Below are positions 1 through 10,602 of a stretch of 64,000 nt of DNA, piece after piece. The notes beneath the pieces are model-generated. The model saw nothing but the letters and a program-made list of their open reading frames with translations, made no database searches and was not told where the DNA came from. The stretch is taken from the NCBI GenBank assembly GCA_040218735.1, contig JAVJQW010000011.1, forward strand, positions 416,001 through 480,000, in the 5' to 3' direction. Origin of the DNA: Deltaproteobacteria bacterium (GTDB lineage: Bacteria; Myxococcota; Kuafuiibacteriia; Kuafuiibacteriales; Kuafuiibacteriaceae). The position numbers and the translations under genes are program-made. The first letter of the stretch is position 1, and every line of letters begins with the position of its first letter.

Positions 1-576
1 CGACGTCAGATCCTCGCCGAGCTCCCAGAGTTTGTAGATGTCGACGATCGCGAGCACGTAGATCGTCGCGCCGTTGGGGAGCCCCGTACGCAGCGCCTCG
101 AGGCCGGCGCGCAGGTTGGCTTCGAACTCGGCGTCCGTGGGGATGTCGGTGAAGTCGTTCTGACAGACATCGTTGTGCCCCATCAGCACCGGGACGTATG
201 TGGCCTGGTGCGCGACCGACTGCTGCATCTGCGGGAGCAGGTCATAGCTGTCGGCGCCACTCACGCCCTCCATGTAGTTCTTGCGGTTCGACGACCCGAA
301 GGCGGACGTGATGCGCTGGTTGTGGCTATTCACGTTCGTGCGGCCGAGCAACCACTCCCAGAACCCACGATATCCGTTCGCGTAGCTCGCCCAGTGGTTC
401 GGGTTGATCGGGTTGAACAGGTTGTACTCTTCCGCGTTGATCGCCTCGGTGATGCTGTCACCCACGCTCGACAGCCGCTTCGGTTGCAGACGCGGATCCT
501 TGGTCTGCGCTACCGCCAGCGTCGTCATCGTCATCCACCCCAACACCGTCGCCGTCAGCGTGAGTCCTCGATGCAT
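1..576 (-). CDS. Secreted SGNH/GDSL hydrolase (partial, runs off the window start)
   Basis: Not in the ORF track. My translation from ATG 576 gives MHRGLTLTATVLGW...AVAQ (signal peptide), SSVGDSITEA (GDS block I) and LMGHNDVC (block III). Strong RBS AGGGAGGT upstream. Confidence 0.85.
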   Translation of the reverse strand, partial: MHRGLTLTATVLGWMTMTTLAVAQTKDPRLQPKRLSSVGDSITEAINAEEYNLFNPINPNHWASYANGYRGFWEWLLGRTNVNSHNQRITSAFGSSNRKNYMEGVSGADSYDLLPQMQQSVAHQATYVPVLMGHNDVCQNDFTDIPTDAEFEANLRAGLEALRTGLPNGATIYVLAIVDIYKLWELGEDLTS

Positions 577-660
577 ACTTACCTCCCTATGGAAGCGGCG
601 TGATTGCCGCGCGCGCATCGTAGGGCTGGGTAGCGGGTGCGATGTAAGGCGATTGCAAGC

Positions 661-1671
661 TCACTTGCGCGTGGGTTCGCGCACGCTGGACGACGCGAGC
701 GCATCACGTACGCGAGACTCGAAACGCGCGCGCCCGAAGGAGTGGGAAACCCACAACCCATTCACGAAGATTCCGGGCGGTGAAGTGACTCCACTCTTCC
801 GTGCAATTTCGAGCTCACCCTTGAGCGCAACGATGTCGCGGGTGCGCGCTTCGGCCTCGGGCGTTACAGGTTTCAACTCGAGCTCCTCGCCGAGGGTTTG
901 CAAGTCAGATTGACGCAGCGCTCCGTCCCGCTGGAACAGCCGATCGTGCACGGACCAGAACCGATCTTTTTCCTGCGCACTTCGTGCGAGCAAGGCAGCT
1001 TGCAACCCGAGCTCGTCGCGCGGATTCAATACATGGCGAAAGACCTCTCGGATCTTCTTCGGATGTCGCTGACGCACCGCTTCGATCCAGGACGCGACCT
1101 CTCGGGAGCGCGCTTCGCTCAACGCGCCGAAGTGCACGATGGTCACCGCGGCGTCCGCGGGCCCGCGCGAGGGTGCACCCTCGAGATCGATGTCCACGCG
1201 CGGCAGCGGCGGCGGCTCGAGATCGATCCGAACCTGGGCGGCGTCCTCCAGGCCCCGGACGAACGCGAGCCTGCGCTCGATGCGACGGCGACCGTCGAGG
1301 TAGTCGCGCGCGCGTTCCCTGCGCTCTTCGCCGAGGCCGTGTTCGAGGAGGTAGGCGTCGACGTCCGCGTCGTCGACGGGCTCGCCGCGCTCGACGTCGT
1401 CCAACATCGCCTGCACCGTGACGCCGCGACGCTCGGCCTCGGCCGCGAGCAGCCGCTGCTCGACCAGCGCTTCGACCTCGCGCCGAACCAGCGTGTGGAT
1501 GTCGAGGCGGCGCCGGTGGATCTCCATGGCGACGCCGCGCTCCGCCTCGGAGCGCCGGATCACCGCGTCGCCGATGCGCGCGACGACCGGATCTTCGACC
1601 GGATCGTCGACCGGGGCCGGCGGTGCCTGAGTACAGCCGAGGCACAGCGAGAGCGCGAACAGACGCCTCAC
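661..1671 (-). CDS. DsbA/thioredoxin-fold lipoprotein with SurA-like N-terminus, CxxC absent
   Basis: Lipobox CLGC; VVARIGDAVI; APSRGPADAAVTIVHF and GVTSPPGIFVNG match the DsbA/Thioredoxin_4 frame, but the CxxC position reads ALSEARS. Confidence 0.75.
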   Translation of the reverse strand: MRRLFALSLCLGCTQAPPAPVDDPVEDPVVARIGDAVIRRSEAERGVAMEIHRRRLDIHTLVRREVEALVEQRLLAAEAERRGVTVQAMLDDVERGEPVDDADVDAYLLEHGLGEERRERARDYLDGRRRIERRLAFVRGLEDAAQVRIDLEPPPLPRVDIDLEGAPSRGPADAAVTIVHFGALSEARSREVASWIEAVRQRHPKKIREVFRHVLNPRDELGLQAALLARSAQEKDRFWSVHDRLFQRDGALRQSDLQTLGEELELKPVTPEAEARTRDIVALKGELEIARKSGVTSPPGIFVNGLWVSHSFGRARFESRVRDALASSSVREPTRK

Positions 1672-2222
1672 GGGGCCTCCATCGGCTCGAAGACGACGTC
1701 TTCGTCCGCGTCGTTCCCCGTGGAGATTCCGCCGGCGCCCGTCTCCTTCGTCACCTCGGAGAGCGGCACCTCGGCGACCTGCTCGAACTCCGCGACGGCC
1801 TCCCCGAGCGCGTCGCGCAGACGGCGACGCTCGCCGCTCTCCTCCGGCGTCCCCTTCAGCGCACGCATCGCGTCGCGCGCCGCCATCATCCGGCGCAGCG
1901 CCTCCGCCATCCGCTCGAGCTCCGCGTCGGAAGGGTCACGATCGGGGAAGCGCGCACGGAACGTCTCGGCGAGCGCGTCGCGGATCTGCGCGCGTTTCGG
2001 ATCCTCCTGCGCGGGTTCGTCGACCACGACCGACTTCGGCTTCGCGGGCGGCGCGACAGCGGGCGCCGTCACGATCTCCATGGGCCCCACCCGCTGCACC
2101 GTCTTCGCCGACCGCACCGTCCCGCGCGGTGGCGACAGCGGCGCCGGCGGCGCGCGCATCATCATCCAGAGCGCGGAGGTGACCGCGACGAACGCGAGCA
2201 TCCCGACGACGAACCGACGCAC
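1668..2222 (-). CDS. Hypothetical membrane-anchored helical protein
   Basis: Likely start GTG 2222 (VRRFVVGMLAFVAVTSALWMM, hydrophobic anchor). TATCCT lies 6 nt upstream; stop overlaps the next start (GTGA). Confidence 0.6.
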   Translation of the reverse strand: MRRFVVGMLAFVAVTSALWMMMRAPPAPLSPPRGTVRSAKTVQRVGPMEIVTAPAVAPPAKPKSVVVDEPAQEDPKRAQIRDALAETFRARFPDRDPSDAELERMAEALRRMMAARDAMRALKGTPEESGERRRLRDALGEAVAEFEQVAEVPLSEVTKETGAGGISTGNDADEDVVFEPMEAP

Positions 2223-2278
2223 GGGCGGAGGATAGCGGACCCTGACGCGGACGTCGTGGGTGGGTCGAGGGCGCGGAC

Positions 2279-3067
2279 TCAGCGCGCCGGGACCGCGCTC
2301 GTGCGAGGCAGCGGCCGACACGAGCCGTAAGACTGCGTCGGCACCGCGGTGCCGGTGTTGGCGTCGAAGTGGTGGCCGGACTGCGTCGCGGTGAACTCCA
2401 TCTCGACGTCCGGGCTGGGGGTCGCGAAGATCGTGGTGACGTTGACGGTGCCCCACAACGTCGTCTCGATCAGGTTGACCGCGTTGCGGCCGACGCGGAC
2501 CTCGACGTCGCCCGCGCCGGTCGCGTCGACGAGCCGCGCGGAGCCGCGCTCGCGATCGATGCCGTCGAAGGTCACCGCTCCGTCGCCCGCGAAGGACTCG
2601 CTGAGCGGAGCGCCGGCCGCCCACGTCGTGCGCGTGCCGCGGTCGAACACACAGCGAAACGCGGTCGCCTGCGCGAGGAGCTCCGAGAGCGCGTCTTGTT
2701 GACTCCACCGCGCCTGCATCGCGCGGAGCGCTTTGTCCTGCGCCGCCTGATCCTCACCCGCGCTCTTGCCGCGCGCGATCTCGACGTTCATCGCGAGCAC
2801 GCGGTCGAGCGCGAAGACCAACGTGTCGTCGCCCTCGCCGCTCGCGCGCTCCCGTGCCTTCAGGATCTCGTCGAACGTGCAGAGCGTCGCCAGCGCGCGG
2901 TCGAGCGCGCGCACCGCGGCGTCGTCCTTGCCCTCGAAGGCGCGAGTCCGCGCACGGAGCACCTCGTCGATCGCGTCGACACGGCTCGGCTCGCCGACCC
3001 CCTTCAGGTCCGCCTGGGCGGCGGCCGGAGCGAGCAAGGCGAGCGCGAGGACGAGGCGAGCGAGCAT
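2279..3067 (-). CDS. Hypothetical secreted protein
   Basis: Signal peptide MLARLVLALALLAPAAAQA; helical N-half, beta-rich C-half ending QSYGSC. Confidence 0.7.
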   Translation of the reverse strand: MLARLVLALALLAPAAAQADLKGVGEPSRVDAIDEVLRARTRAFEGKDDAAVRALDRALATLCTFDEILKARERASGEGDDTLVFALDRVLAMNVEIARGKSAGEDQAAQDKALRAMQARWSQQDALSELLAQATAFRCVFDRGTRTTWAAGAPLSESFAGDGAVTFDGIDRERGSARLVDATGAGDVEVRVGRNAVNLIETTLWGTVNVTTIFATPSPDVEMEFTATQSGHHFDANTGTAVPTQSYGSCRPLPRTSAVPAR

Positions 3068-3102
3068 GACCCCAGCGTAACACGCCGGGGTCCGCGGACT
3101 CG

Positions 3103-4107
3103 TCAGCCCAACCGCGACTTCACGGCGGCGGTGAACGTCTGCGTCGTCCCGCTGCCCCCGAGGTCGGGCGTCGTGCCGTCGCCCTTCGCGATCGTCTCCC
3201 GGAGCGCCGAGCGCAGGCGGTCGGCCTCCTCGGTGTGCCCGAGGTGCATCAACATCATCGCGGCCGACATCGCGAGCGCGGTCGGGTTCGCGATGTTCCG
3301 GCCGGCGATGTCCGGCGCCGTGCCGTGGATCGCCTCGAAGATCGCGAGCTCCTCGCCGTAGTTGCCGGAGGGCGCCAACCCGAGGCCACCGACGAGGCCG
3401 GCGGTGAGGTCGGAGAGGATGTCGCCGAACAGGTTGGTCGTGACCACGACGTCGAACTGCGTGGGCCGCATCACGAGCTGCATCGCCATCGCGTCGACGA
3501 TGCGGTCCTCGAACTCGATGTCCGGATACTCCTGCGCGATCTCGCGGCCCACGGTGAGGAAGAGCCCCGTCGTCAGCTTCAGGATGTTCGCCTTGTGGAC
3601 GAGCGTGACCTTCTTGCGGTTGTTCTTACGCGCGTACTCGAACGCGAAGCGGATGATCCGGTCCGACGCGAAGCGCGAGATGAACGAGATCGCCTGCGCG
3701 GCGTCCTTCTTCGGATCGATGTAGTGCTCGATCCCGGAGTACAGCCCCTGCGTGTTCTCGCGGACGACGATCAGGTCACACTCCTCGAAGCGCGTCTTGA
3801 CCCCCTCGTAGGCGCGCGCCGGTCGCACGTTTGCGTACAGGTCGAGCTCCTGCCGCATCCCGACGTTCACGCTCCTGAAGCCCCCGCCGACGGGCGTGGT
3901 GAGCGGCGCCTTCAGCGCGACCTTGTTCTTGCGGATGGAGGCGAGTGTGTCGCCCGGGAGGTGGGTCCCGTGCTCGCGCACGGCGTTCTCACCCGCGTGG
4001 CGCTCCTCCCACTCGATCGCGACCCCCGTGGCCTCGACCAGCTCGATCGTCGCGTCCATCACCTCGGGGCCGATCCCGTCCCCGCGAATCATCGTCACCT
4101 TCGTCAT
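3103..4107 (-). CDS. icd: NAD-dependent isocitrate dehydrogenase (isocitrate/isopropylmalate dehydrogenase family)
   Basis: Start [16 protein letters not shown] (ATG 4107); [51 protein letters not shown]. Confidence 0.9.
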   Translation of the reverse strand: MTKVTMIRGDGIGPEVMDATIELVEATGVAIEWEERHAGENAVREHGTHLPGDTLASIRKNKVALKAPLTTPVGGGFRSVNVGMRQELDLYANVRPARAYEGVKTRFEECDLIVVRENTQGLYSGIEHYIDPKKDAAQAISFISRFASDRIIRFAFEYARKNNRKKVTLVHKANILKLTTGLFLTVGREIAQEYPDIEFEDRIVDAMAMQLVMRPTQFDVVVTTNLFGDILSDLTAGLVGGLGLAPSGNYGEELAIFEAIHGTAPDIAGRNIANPTALAMSAAMMLMHLGHTEEADRLRSALRETIAKGDGTTPDLGGSGTTQTFTAAVKSRLG

Positions 4108-4252
4108 CTCGCCGCGGCTCTTACGGAGTCGGGGCCGATTCGTAAACACCCGACAATCCCTGAATCGGGCGCAAACAGTCCGGAGGGCCCCGGCATTCCC
4201 GCCACGAAACGGGGTGCGGTCCGCCCCGTGGGCGCGTATCATTCGCGTCGCC

Positions 4253-5313
4253 GTGTCGGACGACGAAAAGCTCCCCGAGGCCCCGTCGGCCGAGGAGCGC
4301 GAACATCACGATCAGGAGCGGCGACAGTTCCTGAAGCAGGCGTCGATCGTCGGCGGCGCGGCGCTGGGCGCCGGCTACCTCTCCCTGGCCCCGAGCGGGT
4401 GGCCCGGGTCACTGAAGGACGCGACCGGCGAGCTCGGCAAGCCGAAGAAACGCGAGCTCGTGCTCCCGGAGAACGGGTTCGCCGTCGAGAAGAGCGCGGT
4501 GGCCGCGCACCTCGGCGTCGCGCGCGGTGAAGATCCCAAGAAGCTCCTCCGCGGCGCGATCGACGCGATCGGCGGCATCGGCCGCTTCATCACCAAGGGT
4601 GACATCGTCGTCATCAAACCGAACGTCGCCTTCGAGCGCTCCGCACCGCTCGGCGCGACCTCCAACCCCGAAGTCGTCGCCGAGCTCATCCAGCTCGTCC
4701 GCGACGCCGGCGCGGACGAGATTCGCGTCGCCGACAACCCGATCGAGTCGCCGGAGAGCTGCTTCGTCCGCAGCGGGATCCAAAAGGCGGTCGTCGAAGC
4801 CGGCGCGCGGCTCTACCTGCCGCGCTCCTCGGACTTCGAGACGCTCAAGACCCCCGGCGCGAAGTGGATCGAACGGTGGCCGTTCTTCTGGGCGCCCTTC
4901 ATGGGCGCGACGAAGGTCATCGGCATCGCGCCGGTGAAGGACCACAACCTCTGCCGCGCGTCGATGACGACGAAGAACTGGTACGGGCTCCTCGGCGGGC
5001 GTCGTAACCAGTTCCACCAGGACATCCACGGGATCATCTCGGACCTGGCGCTGATGCTCCGGCCCACGTTCGTGATCCTCGACGGCAGCCGTGTGTTGTT
5101 CCGCAGCGGTCCGACGGGCGGGAGCCTCTCGGACGTCCGCCCCGGCAAGACGATCGTCGCGTCGACCGACTCGCTCGCGGCGGATGCGTTCGGCTGGGAC
5201 GACCTGCTGTGGCGCAAGGGTGAGCCGCTCCCCGACTACTTCGCGCAGGCGGCGGCGCGCGGCTTGGGCAACCCGGACTACAAGTCGGTGGCGATCAAAG
5301 AGGTCCAGATCGG

Positions 5314-5317
<4 letters not shown>
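4253..5317 (+). CDS. DUF362 domain protein with Tat signal
   Basis: ERRQFLK twin-arginine motif; [32 protein letters not shown] and DSLAAD are DUF362-type motifs. Start GTG 4253. Confidence 0.85.
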
Positions 5318-7061
<1,744 letters not shown>

Positions 7062-7065
<4 letters not shown>

Positions 7066-8261
7066 CGAAGAAAAAGGGACTCACGCGACGCGACCTGTTG
7101 ACGATCGGCGGCGCGGGCGTCGGCGCCGGAGCGCTCGTCACGATCGGCGGGACGAAGCCGGCGTTCGCCGCGAAGAAGGACGACCTGCCGCAGGTGCCTC
7201 GGAAGAAGCTCGGGAAGACCGGCGCCGAGATCCCGATCCTGTTGTTCGGTGGCGCGGTGAAGCTCGACAAACGCTTCGACCCGAAGATCGCGGAGGCGCT
7301 GCGGTTCGGCATGAACTACATGGACGCCGCGGACTGCTACGGCGGCGGCGCGAACGAGTACGCGGTGGGCAACTTCCTGCAGCGCTCACGCACGCGCGAC
7401 AAGTGGTGGATCACGACGAAGAGCGACCCCACCGACCCGGACGGCATCGAGGCGACGCTGAACAAGAGCCTCGAGAAGATGAAGGTGAAGAGCGTCGAGA
7501 TGCTCTACCTCCACGGAATCGACGACGTGAACGTGCTGACGACAGACGTCGCGAAGCGCGCCGAGAAGCTGAAGAAGGAAGGCAAGATCAAGTACTTCGG
7601 TTTCTCGTGCCACGGCGGCAGCGTGAACGACCTGCTGAACAAGGCGTCGACCCTCTCGTGGATCGACTCGATCATGTTCAAGTACAACTTCCGCACGTAC
7701 GGCGACAAAGAGCTCAACGCGGCGATCGACAAGTGCGCGAAGTCGAACGTCGGGCTCATCGCGATGAAGACGCAGGGCTCCGAGGCCTCGTTCGCGGACG
7801 CCTGGAAGAAGTTCGAGAAGACGGGCAAGTGGACGAAACACCAGGCGGTGCTGAAGGCGGTCTGGGCGGACGAGCGCATCACCGCGGCCGTCTCGCACAT
7901 GGATACGTTCGACAAGCTGAAGCAGAACGTCGCCGCCGCGTGTGACAAGTCGAAGCTGTCGTCGCTGGAGATGGACGCGCTCGAGAAGTACGCCGCGGTC
8001 ACGCGCTCGCTCGCGTGCGACGGGTGCGATCACCACTGCAACCCGGCCGTCGAGGGCGACGTGCTGATCGGCACGACGATGCGGTACCTGATGTACCACG
8101 ACCACTACGGCGAGACGGAGAAGGCGAAGGAGTTCTTCGCCGCCCTCCCCGACGCCGCGCGACGCCTCGAGCACATGGACTTCACGAAGGCCAACGCGGC
8201 CTGCCCGAACGGCATCGACATCGCGGCGCACATGGAGCGCGCGGTGAAGGTGCTGACCTGA
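7062..8261 (+). CDS. Tat-exported aldo/keto reductase with C-terminal Cys cluster
   Basis: LTRRDLL Tat motif; [32 protein letters not shown]; CDGCDHHC...ACPNGIDI. Confidence 0.88.
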
Positions 8262-8283
8262 GCTTTCGCGATATCCTCCGCGG

Positions 8284-9228
8284 GTGACCGAAGCGTTCGA
8301 ACAGGCCCGCGCGCTCGCCGCCGCGGGCGACCCCTCTTCCTTCCCTCGGATCTGGAGCCTCGCCGAAGACCTCGACGACGCCGAGCTCCGCGCGCTCGAC
8401 GAAGCGCTCGCAGCGTGGGACGACTACGACCGCAAGGTCCCCGCACTCCACAAGAAGACGGGCCCCGTCCTGCGCATCGCGCGCGGCTGGCACATGTCGG
8501 GCTGCAACGACGTCGGCTGGTTCGCGGACTGCGCGGACCTGTCGAACCTCCGGTTCCTCACCATCACCGGGAAGATCGGTCCCGAGGGCGTCGCGACGCT
8601 CGCGCGGTTCGCGCCCCTTCAGGACGTTCACACGCTGACGCTCCACGGCACGGGGATGAGGGACGAGGGCGCCGCGGCGCTCGCGACCGGGTTCGAGCGG
8701 CTGCGGACGCTCCGCCTCGTCGGCGCGCAGCTCGGCGCCGAAGGGGTCGCGGCGATATGCCAGTCCCCCAAGTTCGCCAAGCTCGAGACGCTCGCGTTGG
8801 CCGGCGCTTCGGACGACCACGCCGCCGCCTTGGCTCGAACCACGCTCCGCCTGGAGCGGCTCGAGCTCCCCGAGGCCGAGCTCACCGTCGACGGCTTCGA
8901 GGCGATCGCGTCTTCGACGGGGCTGGCGTCGGTGCGCGCGCTGGATCTCGGCGACGCCTCGCCGACGGCGGAGTCGCTGGAGGCGCTGCTACGCGGGCTC
9001 CCCAAGCTCGAGGCGCTCACGTTGGCCAATCACGAAGACCTCCCCCTCGACGCGCTGAAGGGTTGCACCACGCTGCGGAGGCTCGACCTGCAGGGCTGCT
9101 TCTTCGACGACGACGACGCGCTGGCCCTGATCGGCACGCCGCTCCTCGCGAACCTCGAATCGATCGAGCTCGGCCTGGATGCACTGAGCGAAGACGCGAT
9201 CGCGCGGATCCGCGCTGCGGTCGGATAA
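8284..9228 (+). CDS. Leucine-rich repeat protein (RNI-like)
   Basis: Repeated LxxLxL units with IGPEGVATLA, MRDEGAAALA and LGAEGVAAI. Confidence 0.85.
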   Translation: MTEAFEQARALAAAGDPSSFPRIWSLAEDLDDAELRALDEALAAWDDYDRKVPALHKKTGPVLRIARGWHMSGCNDVGWFADCADLSNLRFLTITGKIGPEGVATLARFAPLQDVHTLTLHGTGMRDEGAAALATGFERLRTLRLVGAQLGAEGVAAICQSPKFAKLETLALAGASDDHAAALARTTLRLERLELPEAELTVDGFEAIASSTGLASVRALDLGDASPTAESLEALLRGLPKLEALTLANHEDLPLDALKGCTTLRRLDLQGCFFDDDDALALIGTPLLANLESIELGLDALSEDAIARIRAAVG

Positions 9229-9265
9229 CGTCGACCCGTATCGTCCGGTGCAGTAAGCGGCGCGC

Positions 9266-9730
9266 ATGACGATCACCATCTCCGGCGCGGCCGGCCTCCA
9301 CGACAACGCCAACAGCTCCGCGGGCGCCACCGAGTGGCAGACGATGACGCTCGAGCGCATCCGCGCGTTCGCGGACGCGACCGACGACCACCAGTGGATC
9401 CACGTCGACGAGGAGCGCATCGCGAAGGAGTCGCCGTTCGGCGCCCCCATCGCGCACGGGTACCTCACGCTGTCCCTCGTCGCCGGGCACTTCTTCCGAC
9501 TCATCGAGCTGCAGGACATGAAGATGGTGATCAACTACGGCACGAACAAGGTGCGCTTCCCGACGCCGCTGAAGGCCGGCGACAAGTTCCGGCTCGCGAT
9601 CGACCTGGGCGACGTGACCGAGAAGGGCGGCGGTTGGCTCGAAGCGGTGTTCAACGCGCGCATCGAAGTCGAAGGCCAGGACAAGCCCGCCTGCGCCGCC
9701 GAGTGCCTCTACCGCTTCCTTCCGGTCTAG
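9266..9730 (+). CDS. MaoC-family dehydratase
   Basis: FADATDDHQWIHVD, PIAHGYLTLSL, NYGTNKVRF. Confidence 0.92.
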   Translation: MTITISGAAGLHDNANSSAGATEWQTMTLERIRAFADATDDHQWIHVDEERIAKESPFGAPIAHGYLTLSLVAGHFFRLIELQDMKMVINYGTNKVRFPTPLKAGDKFRLAIDLGDVTEKGGGWLEAVFNARIEVEGQDKPACAAECLYRFLPV

Positions 9731-9740
9731 GGCCGTTATC

Positions 9741-9857
9741 GGCAAACAAGTTTGCCTGCGGCCCCTTCGTTCGCCTACGGCTCACTGCGCGAGGCCCTCG
9801 CGGGCCTCTTTGCACGCCTGTCGGCGTCTAGGGCTTCGCCTCACTGCGCGAGGCCTC
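9741..9857. repeat. REP-like palindromic cluster between convergent genes
   Basis: Hairpins GGCAAAC-AA-GTTTGCC (9741-9756) and GAGGCCC-TCGC-GGGCCTC (9791-9808); direct repeat CTCACTGCGCGAGGCC at 9781 and 9840. Confidence 0.6.
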
Positions 9858-9858
9858 C

Positions 9859-10602
9859 TTACTTCGCTTCGAGCACCAGGCGGGGCGCGTCCCAGTAGGA
9901 CCAGTCGCCCTGGATGTCGCCGGTGGCGGCGGTGACGAGCGTGAGGAAACGCGCGTCGTCGGCGAGGGCGACGTTCACGTCGTACGCGCTGTCCGCCTCG
10001 TAGACGTCGCGCTGCTCGTACTCGAGGAGCCCGTCCACGAAGACCTGGAACGAGACGAGGTTGCCGGGGCTCGCGGAGCGTTCCCCCACGGCGGCGCGCG
10101 CTGCGAACGCCGTGATCTTCCGGTCCCCCAGCGTCATGCGGATCGCGCCGAGATCGAACGTAATGCCCTTGTTCGCGTGCATCCCGAGCTGAGGACCGGT
10201 CGACTTCGTCGTGACGTCCGTATTTGTCCCGTTCCAGATGTGGTCCCACGCGCTCTCGGAGAAGACGTTCTCCCGCCAGTCGGGCACACCGGCGATGAGG
10301 GTGCCTTCGGTCGAGACCTCGATCGAGTCGCTCTCGTCCATCGCTCCGTCCGGGCAGAAGACACCGTTCACGAGCGGGTTCGCCGCCGGCACGAACGTGT
10401 TCACCGGGCAGGCGATCGCACCTTCGTGCTGCGTCGTCGTCTGGCCGGTGATGACGTCGATGCCGCGGTCGCCGCCCGTCCCGGTGCCGTCTCCACCGCC
10501 GACGATGTCGGCGAGGTCGAGCGTCTCGGACGGGTCGGTGGGTTCTTCGTTTCCGCACCCGATGAGCGCGAGGATGACGAAGAGCCGGAGCGTTCGCTTC
10601 AT
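9859..10602 (-). CDS. Lipoprotein with NPCBM/NEW2 carbohydrate-binding domain
   Basis: Lipobox LIGC; LGMHANKGITFDL, VSFQVFVDG, GDWSYWDAPRL. Confidence 0.8.
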   Translation of the reverse strand: MKRTLRLFVILALIGCGNEEPTDPSETLDLADIVGGGDGTGTGGDRGIDVITGQTTTQHEGAIACPVNTFVPAANPLVNGVFCPDGAMDESDSIEVSTEGTLIAGVPDWRENVFSESAWDHIWNGTNTDVTTKSTGPQLGMHANKGITFDLGAIRMTLGDRKITAFAARAAVGERSASPGNLVSFQVFVDGLLEYEQRDVYEADSAYDVNVALADDARFLTLVTAATGDIQGDWSYWDAPRLVLEAK

